Source: a virus. From it: a stretch of 64,000 bases of DNA. The notes beneath the pieces were generated by a model. The model worked only from the letters and a program-made list of their open reading frames with translations. It made no database searches and was not told the DNA's origin. The stretch lies in the IMG/VR virus record IMGVR_UViG_3300045988_126367. The stretch is one strand, 5' to 3'. Shown here piece by piece: positions 52,962 through 61,779 of the stretch; positions within the stretch are counted from its first letter, which is position 1; each line of letters begins with the position of its first letter. The position numbers and the translations under genes were made by a program.

Positions 52962-53516
52962 TCACTTCGTTTCACTTTTGATATTGCGCAGCATGTCCTT
53001 CAGTTTTGCCGCCTCGTCCGTCATCCGCTGCACCGCCTCCGGCGTCATAGCGCTTGCCATTGCCATAGACAGCCGCGCCACCGGATCGTTCATGATCTGG
53101 AGGTCGGCGTAGATCTCGCTGTTCAGCCGCTTTTCCATCTCCCGATAGTCGCCGATCAGGTCAAAGGCTCTGTTCCGGCTCTCGCCGCCCTCCGCCTTCA
53201 TCCGCTCAATCTGGTGCATCAGGTGGTCTCCCGCCCATCGGTCGTAGTCGTCGGCGCTCATCAGCCACTCGTCGCCCTCGGCGCCCTCAAAGTCCCGTTT
53301 CAGATACCACCGCAGCAAAATGCCCATCAGGAACCGGGCCTTCTTCTGGGCGTTCTCCCGATACATGGGGGGCGTGTCACCGCCGGCGCGTCCCTCCGTC
53401 GTGATCCTGACCTCTTCCAGACACTTTTCGGCGCACCGGCTTGCGATCTCCGTCTTTTTCATCAGCGGCATGTACGTTCTCGCTTCCGCCAGCCACTTCG
53501 CGCTCATCTTCTCCAT
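52962..53516 (-). CDS. hypothetical virion-module protein
   Basis: 184-aa ORF after GAGAGGAG. Confidence 0.5.
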   Translation of the reverse strand: MEKMSAKWLAEARTYMPLMKKTEIASRCAEKCLEEVRITTEGRAGGDTPPMYRENAQKKARFLMGILLRWYLKRDFEGAEGDEWLMSADDYDRWAGDHLMHQIERMKAEGGESRNRAFDLIGDYREMEKRLNSEIYADLQIMNDPVARLSMAMASAMTPEAVQRMTDEAAKLKDMLRNIKSETK

Positions 53517-53727
53517 CGTTTTCCACTCCTCTCAGATCCACAATGGCGTCCTCGTTTTTCTTCTCGCGCAGGGAACAGCTCCGCCGCTCCTCCGCGTTTT
53601 CATACTGGCCCGTCTGGGGGCAGTAGTATTGATAGCAGCAGTAGTTGGTCGCGCCCGTCTGCTTCCGGCACCGCAGCGATATCTCCCGCCGCTGCCGGTA
53701 GGCGTTTTCACACATGGGTCTGCCCAT
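53377..53727 (-). CDS. small Cys-rich protein; 3' end uncertain (140-nt overlap with next gene)
   Basis: MGRPMCENAYRQRREISLRCRKQTGATNYCCYQYYCPQTGQYE plausible; tail looks like readthrough. Confidence 0.3.
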   Translation of the reverse strand: MGRPMCENAYRQRREISLRCRKQTGATNYCCYQYYCPQTGQYENAEERRSCSLREKKNEDAIVDLRGVENDGEDEREVAGGSENVHAADEKDGDRKPVRRKVSGRGQDHDGGTRRR

Positions 53728-53728
53728 C

Positions 53729-55048
53729 TCAATATCCCTCCAATACCATAGCGCCGTTGGCGCTCTCCTCTCCGTAGGCCGCCGTGATGGTAAGCGGCGT
53801 CCCGCTGCCGCTCCAGCACCGGATAGTGGCCTTGTTCCCGTCCACTTCGGTGGAAAAGGCGTCCTCCTCTCCGGTGAACGTCCACGTCACTTCCTTCTCG
53901 GTCTCTGCGCCGTTTTCCACATACACCGCGCCGATCTCCACACTTTCATAGGGTCGCAGCCGATCCGGCAGTTCGCCGGTAAACCGTACCCCGGTAAAGT
54001 TCTCCTCCACCGTCACGGTCATCTCGCCCCGCAGGGTCCGGTTCTCTGCCACCACCGCCCGTATGGCGCAGCTTCCCGCGCCCACGGCAGTCACCTTTCC
54101 GTCCGAGTCCACCACGCACACGCTCTCGTCGCTGCTCTCCCACAGGTAGTGTACGGGGTGTGCCTCGTCGCCGTCCGCCGCCGCGCCGTTGCGGGTGCTC
54201 TGGGCCGCAAACTGTGCCGCCGTGCCGCCGCTCATGGCGGGTGAGCCGGTCACACGCACCTCCCAGCGGAAGGGATAGGCGTTTGCCACCCGCCGTTTCA
54301 GGTCGTCCTTCTCCCTGTCCGGCTCCTGTATCCGCGCCGTAAAGTTTAAGAGGTGCACGCTCTCCTCGTCCCCCGTGAACATCTCCGATACGTCCGCATA
54401 ACCCGTGATCTGGTACAGGGACCTTCCCAGCATCAGGCGGCTGTTCACATCCAGCTCCGCCGTTTCCTCATTGAACTGCGTGATGATGTTGAAATAGCCC
54501 TGCATCTGCAGCACCGTTTCCTGGAAGTTGTTGGCCGTGGCGTTCATGGCCGCTTTCTCCACCACCATGGGCTCTTTTTTAAGGTTGCCGTACCAGTCCA
54601 GATGGTTCCATGTGGCGTTGCACCGCCGCATGATGCCGCTGCCCACCGAGCCGGAGATGTTGGCGGGGTTCGTCACCAGCCAGGTGCTTCCCATGGTCTC
54701 CACCTTGGCCCCCTCCGGCACATATTCGATCTCGTGGGCCTCCACCAGAAATTCCTTGTAACCGTCCGTGGGCCGGTCAATGGCGCCGCCTCGCTTGTTC
54801 ACGTCCGCCAGCCGCAGCAGCTGCTCCGACCAGGCGTAAAAGTCCGCCGTGTTCAGTCCCTGCATCCGCGCCGCCGTGTGGTTGGTGGCGAACCTTGCGT
54901 ACTCCGCGATAAACCGCCCCGTGGCGTCCGCGAAATAGGGGGTTTTCCGGTCGCTGTACGCCTTGGGCCGGTTGGACGCCGTCTGCAAAGACCGCACCCC
55001 CGCTCCAATGTTCCCCAGCCCTCTTTTCATGTCATACATCGCCCTCAC
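53729..55048 (-). CDS. structural protein with C-terminal Ig-like (Big_2-like) repeats
   Basis: 439 aa; YLWESSDESVCVVDSDGKVTAVGAGSCAIRAVV Big_2-like. Confidence 0.6.
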   Translation of the reverse strand: MRAMYDMKRGLGNIGAGVRSLQTASNRPKAYSDRKTPYFADATGRFIAEYARFATNHTAARMQGLNTADFYAWSEQLLRLADVNKRGGAIDRPTDGYKEFLVEAHEIEYVPEGAKVETMGSTWLVTNPANISGSVGSGIMRRCNATWNHLDWYGNLKKEPMVVEKAAMNATANNFQETVLQMQGYFNIITQFNEETAELDVNSRLMLGRSLYQITGYADVSEMFTGDEESVHLLNFTARIQEPDREKDDLKRRVANAYPFRWEVRVTGSPAMSGGTAAQFAAQSTRNGAAADGDEAHPVHYLWESSDESVCVVDSDGKVTAVGAGSCAIRAVVAENRTLRGEMTVTVEENFTGVRFTGELPDRLRPYESVEIGAVYVENGAETEKEVTWTFTGEEDAFSTEVDGNKATIRCWSGSGTPLTITAAYGEESANGAMVLEGY

Positions 55049-55076
55049 CCCTTCCTCGGCACTCCGTTAGAACTTT

Positions 55077-55275
55077 GTAGGGGCTGGCGTCCCCGACAGC
55101 CCGTCGGGGCGTTCAGAAAACATGCCGGTGGCATGTTTTTAGCCCCGATCTCGGCGGCTATGCCGCCGTAGCATCCCTCTGGATTTGCATCGCACCATCG
55201 GTGTTCGTCCGTAGGGCGGGGTGCCCTCACCCCGCCGTAGGGGCTGGCGTCCTCGACAGCCCGCTCCGTAGGACG
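55077..55275. repeat. REP-like mosaic cluster R13 (inside virion operon)
   Basis: four GTAGG heads plus AAAACATGCC module. Confidence 0.85.
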
Positions 55276-55284
55276 GAGAGAATC

Positions 55285-55485
55285 TTAACCTCCGCCCCCG
55301 CCTCTGATCCCTGCAAGCCCGTAAAACCACTCGACCCTTGTTATCCCCTCGTGGTCCGTCGTAAGCATCGGATATGGATATTGCGTGCCCTGCGGCAACT
55401 TTTCTCCTTCTTCCCAGCACGCCTTTTGTATGTCATCCAGCGCGTTGGAAGTCATCTTCTCAATCGTGATCCGAAACGGTTCCAT
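55285..55485 (-). CDS. small hypothetical protein
   Basis: start MEPFRITIEKM; C-terminal GGGGG tail abuts the repeat cluster. Confidence 0.35.
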   Translation of the reverse strand: MEPFRITIEKMTSNALDDIQKACWEEGEKLPQGTQYPYPMLTTDHEGITRVEWFYGLAGIRGGGGG

Positions 55486-55498
55486 CTCACTTCTCCTC

Positions 55499-56224
55499 TC
55501 ACACAAACTGCATGACCCCTGTGCTTTTCCGTCCCCGGCGCACCACGTTCAGGTGGGCGCAGTCCTGTTCATACTTGCGCAGCTCGTCCATCAGCCTTGC
55601 CCGGTTCTTCCCGTGCTTCTGGCTGCTTTTCTCCATATAGGTGCCCTCGTTCACCGTCTCAAAGCTGGCGTCCTTCACCTTCATCTGGTCGTTCAGCCAG
55701 TTGTGGCCGTAGAATCGCTCGTCCCACACCGCCGCCACGCACAGACCCAAAATGCGCTTCTGCCGCATGGTCAGCTCCTGGGCAAAGCTTCCGTCGGTAT
55801 AAAAGTCCAGCGTGTAGCTGATGCCCGCCCCGTCCTGGGCAGGGAAGGTCACAATTCCGCTCTCTGCGTCGTAGCTTGCGGCGCTGTACGGTTCGTAGGA
55901 AAGGGTCCCCGCCGCATCCTGCCGCACCACCGCGCAGGAGAACAGCTCGTAGCCCTTCATCCCCGTGTCCACCCGGGTCTCTTTCGTGGTGCTCTCCGCC
56001 GTGCTCTCCCAATAGAAGTCGCCGTACTGTGGATATACGATCCCGTTTTCCAGCCAGTCCGTCATCTCCGGCGGCATGTTGAAAAGAGGGATGGCGTTCA
56101 CCATATAGAGCGCCATCTTCCGCATAAAGGCCGCCGCGTCCTCTCTGGCGCTCTCAATCAGCCTCACATCGTCGATCTCCACCATCGCGTGATCCGTGAT
56201 GATCTCACCCCACATGGTTCCCAT
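55499..56224 (-). CDS. hypothetical virion-module protein
   Basis: 241-aa ORF. Confidence 0.5.
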   Translation of the reverse strand: MGTMWGEIITDHAMVEIDDVRLIESAREDAAAFMRKMALYMVNAIPLFNMPPEMTDWLENGIVYPQYGDFYWESTAESTTKETRVDTGMKGYELFSCAVVRQDAAGTLSYEPYSAASYDAESGIVTFPAQDGAGISYTLDFYTDGSFAQELTMRQKRILGLCVAAVWDERFYGHNWLNDQMKVKDASFETVNEGTYMEKSSQKHGKNRARLMDELRKYEQDCAHLNVVRRGRKSTGVMQFV

Positions 56225-56261
56225 GACATTCCCTCCTTGTGCTTCATGCTCTTTTGACTTC

Positions 56262-56622
56262 CGTAGGGGCGGGCGACTTTGCCCGCCCTATCGAGGGCGC
56301 TGCGGTCATCGTTTGGGCGGATACCCCAAGGGCACTCGTTTCGCTGCGCTCCACAGCGCTGGTCGTCCGACCCTACGCACCATCCGCGGCAACCCCTTCG
56401 TAGGGCGGGGTGCCCTCACCCCGCCGCCCGATCTCCGCCGCACCCCTTGTACCCGTCCGTAGGGGGCGGCGTCCTCGACGCCCCGTGCCTCCCTTGTGTA
56501 AAGGGAGGTGGCGCGTAGCGCCGGAGGGATTGTCCTAAGATGGTGCGGTGTATACTTGCTGGATGCTACGGCGGCATAGCCGCCGAGATCGGGGCTAAAA
56601 ACATGCCACCGGCATGTTTTCT
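56262..56622. repeat. REP-like mosaic cluster R14 (inside virion operon)
   Basis: several GTAGGG/CCCTAC hairpins, two-hairpin module 56485-56535, inverted AAAACATGCC module. Confidence 0.85.
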
Positions 56623-57078
56623 TTACGCCCCGACCAATGTGAAATACTGCCCCACCAGCTCATGAGGCATGTAATGCAGCGTGATCTTGCCGCCCGGCTG
56701 CTCGCCGATGCGCTCACAGAGATAGAGTTTTCCGTCCTCTCCGTCGCGGTAATACAGGCCGTATTCATACTCCATGCCCCGCGCCGCGGGGATTGGGTCA
56801 TCCTTCGTGCCCTCATGCTCCACGTCAATTACGGTAAACAGCGCGGGCACGACGTCCGGCGTCCAGTTCTCCTGGGACGTGTGGGCAGTAATGACCTTGT
56901 AAAGCCGCTTCGTTCCGGTGTAATACACGCGGTCGCCCACCTTGTATTCCACCCCATCCGCGCTCCATTTGGGATACAGCAGCGGCGCCTTCGCCGCCTG
57001 GGGATCGCCCAGCAGGGCCGCCGCCGTGTCCATGCTCTTCCTGATGTCCTGGGCCTGCTCCATAATATCCGTTCGCAT
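56623..57078 (-). CDS. protein with CBM5/12-like carbohydrate-binding motif
   Basis: start MRTDIMEQAQ after GGAAGGGAGAAGG; YKVGDRVYYTGTKRLYKVITAHTSQENWTPDVVPALF. Confidence 0.45.
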   Translation of the reverse strand: MRTDIMEQAQDIRKSMDTAAALLGDPQAAKAPLLYPKWSADGVEYKVGDRVYYTGTKRLYKVITAHTSQENWTPDVVPALFTVIDVEHEGTKDDPIPAARGMEYEYGLYYRDGEDGKLYLCERIGEQPGGKITLHYMPHELVGQYFTLVGA

Positions 57079-57101
57079 ATGTCCTTCTCCCTTCCTTGCC
57101 A

Positions 57102-57560
57102 TCACAGCGGCTGCACATAGACGTAGACCGACAGATCCACCTCCGGCGTTTCCTGGCACGTAAAGGTCAGCTGATCCGCCGCCTGCCCCGTGCACAGCAC
57201 ACCCGCCGCGATATACGCCGTCTGGTTGTCCGCCACGTTGGTGGCTGGCATGGGCATGATCAGCTGCGCCGCCTCGCTTGCCACAACACCCTCTGCCGTC
57301 ACGGTCTGTTGGCCGTCGCTGTTCCAGCCGCCGGCTGTCAGTGTCACCAGCCGGTAAAACGGCGCCTTTGCCACCACCACGTCGCCCGTTTCCCCGTTTA
57401 CCGAGGTAACGGGCGGCGCATAGGTGCCCACAATGCGGTTGCCCGCTGCGTCATGGGCGGTCACGCCCTCCATCAGCGTCTCCGGCGTCACGCTGTCACC
57501 GGTCAGGTCCAGTATGGTCTCTCCGTTTACGGTGACTTTGTTGACCGCCATCTTATGCAC
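57102..57560 (-). CDS. fibre-like structural protein (N-terminus paralogous to 57553-58152, C-terminus to 40241-40606)
   Basis: NKVTVNGETILDLTGDSVTPETLMEGVTAHDAAGNRIVGT versus NKVIIGTEVKLDLTNDDVTPEKLAKGIKAHDKSGAPIVGT. Confidence 0.5.
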   Translation of the reverse strand: MHKMAVNKVTVNGETILDLTGDSVTPETLMEGVTAHDAAGNRIVGTYAPPVTSVNGETGDVVVAKAPFYRLVTLTAGGWNSDGQQTVTAEGVVASEAAQLIMPMPATNVADNQTAYIAAGVLCTGQAADQLTFTCQETPEVDLSVYVYVQPL

Positions 57561-58152
57561 CCACTTTCAGCGTCTGTCCTCCCTGCTCGTTGTCGGTATA
57601 GGAAACGGGAATGGGGTTCACCGTCACGCTGGACAGGAAGTTATATTCCGGACTGTCGGGGGTGATCTCCTGAGATTCAAAGGTGGGCGTCACCGTCTTG
57701 GCCTGGGGATTGGCGTCCTCCGTACCGCTCATGGTGCCCTCCACACCCAGAATGGTGATGCCGTCTCGGATGTTTTCGGGGATGATCTTGGCCGCCTCCG
57801 CAGGGGCGATCTCCGCCTTGCCGCTTCCGTCGTGGAAGCCCATAGGGATGCTCACCGGCGTATTCTTGTTGGTGATGTCCAGGGTCGCCGCACCGTTGTT
57901 GGGCATCGTACCGGTGACCTTCTGTCCCTTCACGTAGGCGGTTTTACTCTTCAGGATCTCCGCCGCCGACGCCGTGGCGTCGCTGGTGTCCGCGTCATAT
58001 GTATTGGTACCCACAATGGGTGCGCCGGATTTGTCGTGGGCCTTGATACCTTTGGCAAGTTTTTCCGGCGTTACGTCGTCGTTGGTCAGATCCAGCTTTA
58101 CCTCTGTTCCGATAATTACCTTGTTCACATACTGATTAGCCATCGTATTCAT
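57553..58152 (-). CDS. fibre-like structural protein
   Basis: 199-aa ORF; shared N-terminal module. Confidence 0.5.
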   Translation of the reverse strand: MNTMANQYVNKVIIGTEVKLDLTNDDVTPEKLAKGIKAHDKSGAPIVGTNTYDADTSDATASAAEILKSKTAYVKGQKVTGTMPNNGAATLDITNKNTPVSIPMGFHDGSGKAEIAPAEAAKIIPENIRDGITILGVEGTMSGTEDANPQAKTVTPTFESQEITPDSPEYNFLSSVTVNPIPVSYTDNEQGGQTLKVGA

Positions 58153-58402
58153 CTCCTATAATAAAAGTTTTTCCGCCCGCATCATTGCTTACCTCATACT
58201 GCGGGATCTTTCGGATCACAACGTCCTCGCGCATACGCAGCGCCTTTGTTTTCAGCGTCACCGCCGTCTCCACCTTCGGCGTCACCTCGTATGGCCCCTC
58301 ATACAGCGGCGTGTCCCCGCCCGTCTCGACCACGACGTTTTCTATCTCCACCGTGATCTCCGGCATACGGCCCACCGCGAAAAACAGCGGGTTTCTCTCC
58401 AC
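58136..58402 (-). CDS. hypothetical protein
   Basis: 88-aa ORF. Confidence 0.45.
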   Translation of the reverse strand: MERNPLFFAVGRMPEITVEIENVVVETGGDTPLYEGPYEVTPKVETAVTLKTKALRMREDVVIRKIPQYEVSNDAGGKTFIIGDEYDG

Positions 58403-58403
58403 C

Positions 58404-58721
58404 TCAGATCACCCCTTTGGACTGGCTCTCCAGCACACGGATAGACCGTCCCTTCCCACCAAACACGCTTCCATCCATCAGGCGCACACGCACCTGCGTT
58501 TCCATTTCTCCGGCAGGAAAGGCAAACGTCTGCTCCTGGGTCAAGGGACACAGCCACTGCTGCCGCTTTTTATCGTAGGTGATCTCCCCCGGGTACAGGC
58601 GCGACAGTGTGCCAATGGTCAGCTCTACCGCATCCGCCATGTCCGGCGTCACCGCCGTTCGGTCTGCTTTTACCACAAACGGCACCTCGCAGGCGTCCCC
58701 CTGCATGATCGTGATGTCCAA
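58404..58721 (-). CDS. hypothetical protein
   Basis: 105-aa ORF. Confidence 0.45.
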   Translation of the reverse strand: MDITIMQGDACEVPFVVKADRTAVTPDMADAVELTIGTLSRLYPGEITYDKKRQQWLCPLTQEQTFAFPAGEMETQVRVRLMDGSVFGGKGRSIRVLESQSKGVI

Positions 58722-58772
58722 GGCTGCATCCCTCCCTCCGTTTTTTATCTAAAGGGGTCGATATCGACTCCT

Positions 58773-59585
58773 TTACGCTTCGTCCTCGTCCTCCGCGCCG
58801 TTCAGCATCTCGATCACCGGCTGGAACATGCCCTTCTTCCGCACGTCGCTTGCCGGAACGTCCTTGTAGCGCTTCTTGTTCTTGGTGTTCAGCTTCTTCA
58901 CCAGGCCCCGCCAGCTGTCGTCCAGCTTGCCCTCCTGGGCCGCCTCGCAAAAGCTCTTTGCCACCATCTCCTGGTGCTCGGTGCACAGGTCGTCAAATAC
59001 ATCCAGCAGCTCATCCCCCATGGCGAAGATGTTGGCAAAGCCCTTCTCGTCCAGCACCTCGCCCTTGCGGTAGTCGCAGTTGTAGAGCTTGCGCTCGTCA
59101 TCCGTCATGCCGCTCAGTACCACCAGCCAGCGCCGGTCCATAAAGCGGCGCATGGTCTCGTCGTAGAACCGGCTCCACTCGCTCTTGGGCACCATCACCG
59201 TGCCGTTCTTTCCGGTCACCTGACCGTACCGCCCATTCTCGCCGAAGGTCGCCACATTCTCGTCGGACACCGGCGCCATCCACCGCATGACCACCTTCTC
59301 CGTGTCCGCCATCACCTGCACCACCTGGGGCTGCTGGGGCATGGCTTTCAGCGCCTCGGCCACGGCGGCGGCAGCGGCCTCCTTCATCATCTGGGCCACC
59401 TGCTCGGCGGTGTACATCACCTGCGCGGCAGGAACCTCGGTCGCCGGAGTCTCGCCCTTCTTCTCCTCGGTCTGGGCTTCGGTGATCTCCGCGCTCTCCG
59501 CGCCCAGCACCACCTGCTGCTCCTCGCTCTCCGCCGCGGCGATCTGGGCGGCCACCTGGTTGCTGTTTCTCTTGCTCTTTCCCAT
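58773..59585 (-). CDS. hypothetical protein (acidic/Ala-rich N-terminus)
   Basis: 270-aa ORF. Confidence 0.5.
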   Translation of the reverse strand: MGKSKRNSNQVAAQIAAAESEEQQVVLGAESAEITEAQTEEKKGETPATEVPAAQVMYTAEQVAQMMKEAAAAAVAEALKAMPQQPQVVQVMADTEKVVMRWMAPVSDENVATFGENGRYGQVTGKNGTVMVPKSEWSRFYDETMRRFMDRRWLVVLSGMTDDERKLYNCDYRKGEVLDEKGFANIFAMGDELLDVFDDLCTEHQEMVAKSFCEAAQEGKLDDSWRGLVKKLNTKNKKRYKDVPASDVRKKGMFQPVIEMLNGAEDEDEA

Positions 59586-59718
59586 GTTGTCTTGTCTCCC
59601 TTCGGTTCATGGTGTTGTTTGAAAATGTCCCCCCTGGGCCACATCGTGGAGAGGTGCGGGGGGTCCTGTCTCAGGCTTCCTTTTGCACTTTATATATAAG
59701 AGGTGTGGAAGAACTGTC

Positions 59719-59806
59719 TGGCGCAGAACGGAGGACTCGAACCCCTTACCTTGCGGTACGAAACGGTTTAGCAAACCGCCGCCGGTGCCTCCCGGCTTCA
59801 TCCTGC
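59719..59806 (-). tRNA. tRNA-Ser(GCU)-like (type II, long variable arm) with atypical D-arm
   Basis: minus strand GCAGGAT/GTTCTGC acceptor (2 G-U), GCCGG-GAGGCA-CCGGC, GCGGT-TTGCTAA-ACCGT, variable arm TACC-GCAA-GGTA, AGGGG-TTCGAGT-CCTCC, G73-CCA. Confidence 0.55.
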
Positions 59807-59812
59807 ATATCC

Positions 59813-59834
59813 GGGAGGGGCTTGCGCCCCTCCC
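59813..59834 (-). terminator. strong GC hairpin (GNRA-type GCAA loop on the minus strand) after the capsid gene; attenuator/processing-site candidate, no U-tract
   Basis: GGGAGGGGC-TTGC-GCCCCTCCC, 12 nt after the capsid stop and 6 nt before the tRNA 5' end. Confidence 0.45.
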
Positions 59835-59846
59835 ATGTTGTCTTTC

Positions 59847-61094
59847 TCAGACATTGATAAGTCCCATCTTGTTCGCAATAACCGGTACCGCGTCGATGCT
59901 CATGGAAACCACGATGTCGATGCTGCCGTCCGCGGTCTCGCTGGGAGTAAGCTCCAGCGTGATGGGGGTACCGTCCTCAATGCCGATGGCAATGGGCTTG
60001 TAGCCGCCAACGGGCAGCAGCCACACCTTGTCGCTGGGCACCATCTCTGTCACAGTGGTGTTCTGGGTGCCGGGGACGACCGCGTTGTCGATCGGCATCA
60101 GGTTGATACCCATGTACTCACCCAGGAAGCCGTAGCGGGTCCACTCGATACCCAGCATGGTGGACAGGGCGGCGTCCAGGTTCACGGTGCTGGCGTTCAC
60201 CACGCCGCTGGGCAGCGCCTTGGTCAGCGCGTTGGGGTCGCCCACGGCGATGACGTTGCGGTAGCGGGTGCCGTTCACAATGCTCACCTTCTTGGCCGCG
60301 GTGACCCAGTTGGCGCTGGTGTTGGTAAAGGTCAGGGCGGCGGGGATCACGGCGGTGTTGTTGGTCACCGCAACCAGCTGCTTGACCCACAGCGCGGTGA
60401 TCTTGCTGTACATGCCGGCGGCAATGGCGTTGTAGAGTCGGCCCATGTCCGCGTCGTTGGCGGCCAGCTGATACCACTTCATGCTGCCGCGGGCGGTGCG
60501 CAGCTGGGGGTTCAGGGTCACGCTCTTGTTGTACAGGGTGTTCACCGGCTTGGAACGGCTGGCGCCCCAGCTGTCGTCCTCAAACAGGAAGATGTCGTTG
60601 GACATGATGTCCAGTTCCTTGGTCTTGCCGAACTCCACGGGGTACATGTCGGCCAGCCAGCCAAGGCCGGAACTCATCACGGTGGGCAGCATCGGGGTCA
60701 CGATCTCGGTGCTGATACCGGCCAGCAGCTTCAGGAAGGTGCTGTCGTTAAAGTACTTGCGCTGGCTGCGGCGGAACGCCTCCATGGTGGTGGGTGCGAT
60801 CTCTCCGCTGATGGAGCAGGCCCGCTCCGCGCAGAACAGCAGCAGGTCGTGCTGGAAGCCGCGGTTGATGATGGAATAGCTTTTCTCGCCCTCACCGTCC
60901 TCCAGCATGGCGGTGAAGCCGCGGGGGTTCAGCTTTGCCAGGATGCGCAGGTCCTTCTCGTCGCGTCCCAGGCGTTCGCGCATCAGCAGGCGTCCGCAGG
61001 TCACGATGTCCGCGCGTTTGCGCTGCACGCCGTTGAATTCGGCGCTGTTGCTGTCATAAACGCTGGGATTGATGTTGTTAAGCATGATAGGCAT
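59847..61094 (-). CDS. putative major capsid protein
   Basis: 415 aa; position after scaffold-like gene; strong hairpin downstream; family not recognised by eye. Confidence 0.55.
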   Translation of the reverse strand: MPIMLNNINPSVYDSNSAEFNGVQRKRADIVTCGRLLMRERLGRDEKDLRILAKLNPRGFTAMLEDGEGEKSYSIINRGFQHDLLLFCAERACSISGEIAPTTMEAFRRSQRKYFNDSTFLKLLAGISTEIVTPMLPTVMSSGLGWLADMYPVEFGKTKELDIMSNDIFLFEDDSWGASRSKPVNTLYNKSVTLNPQLRTARGSMKWYQLAANDADMGRLYNAIAAGMYSKITALWVKQLVAVTNNTAVIPAALTFTNTSANWVTAAKKVSIVNGTRYRNVIAVGDPNALTKALPSGVVNASTVNLDAALSTMLGIEWTRYGFLGEYMGINLMPIDNAVVPGTQNTTVTEMVPSDKVWLLPVGGYKPIAIGIEDGTPITLELTPSETADGSIDIVVSMSIDAVPVIANKMGLINV

Positions 61095-61119
61095 GTCTGT
61101 TCACTCTCCTCTCTCTGAA

Positions 61120-61752
61120 TCAGCCGCCAGCGGGCACGGTGTCCACCTTGCAGGCCATCAGGTCGTAATAGTTGAAAGCGCTCTGCGCACCTTCGGTGAA
61201 AACGCCGGTGTCCAGCAGCTTGAAGTACGGGGTGCCCGCAGCGGTGGGAGCCGCGGCAGCGGGCACCAGCAGACCATCCTTGATGGTGAAGAAGGTGTTG
61301 CTGCCGATGGTGCCGTTCACGTTGCCCTCACCGAAGCGGTAGATGCGTCCGCCCCGGAAGTCGATGCGTGTAAAGGTCACGTTCCAGCCCTTGGGGGCGG
61401 GCAGACCCAGGGTGTTGGCGCCCACCTTGTACAGATTGCCGGTCACGGGATCCTCCACCATGTTCACCTCATAGGTGTTGCAGGCGTAGATGCCGGTTCC
61501 TTCGCTCACCACGGTGCCGGTGGCCTTCATAACCCAGCTGTTGCCGTTTTTCAGGGTCACCTGGCTGCCGCTGGGGCCAAGGTTCTCATAGCCGTCGCAG
61601 TTCAGCAGGCTGTCCTCCACGCACAGGAACCCGGCACTGCAGGTCTCCTCCGCGTCGCTGGCGTTGTGGAATCGTCCGGTGATGTTCAGCGTCTCGCCAA
61701 ACACGCGGTCACTCACGCGGGGCCAAAATGCGGTTTTTTCGATATAAGCCAT
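61120..61752 (-). CDS. hypothetical head-module protein
   Basis: 210-aa ORF between scaffold-like and capsid-like genes. Confidence 0.45.
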   Translation of the reverse strand: MAYIEKTAFWPRVSDRVFGETLNITGRFHNASDAEETCSAGFLCVEDSLLNCDGYENLGPSGSQVTLKNGNSWVMKATGTVVSEGTGIYACNTYEVNMVEDPVTGNLYKVGANTLGLPAPKGWNVTFTRIDFRGGRIYRFGEGNVNGTIGSNTFFTIKDGLLVPAAAAPTAAGTPYFKLLDTGVFTEGAQSAFNYYDLMACKVDTVPAGG

Positions 61753-61779
61753 GTCTTGTCACTCTCCTTCTTTTCGTTT

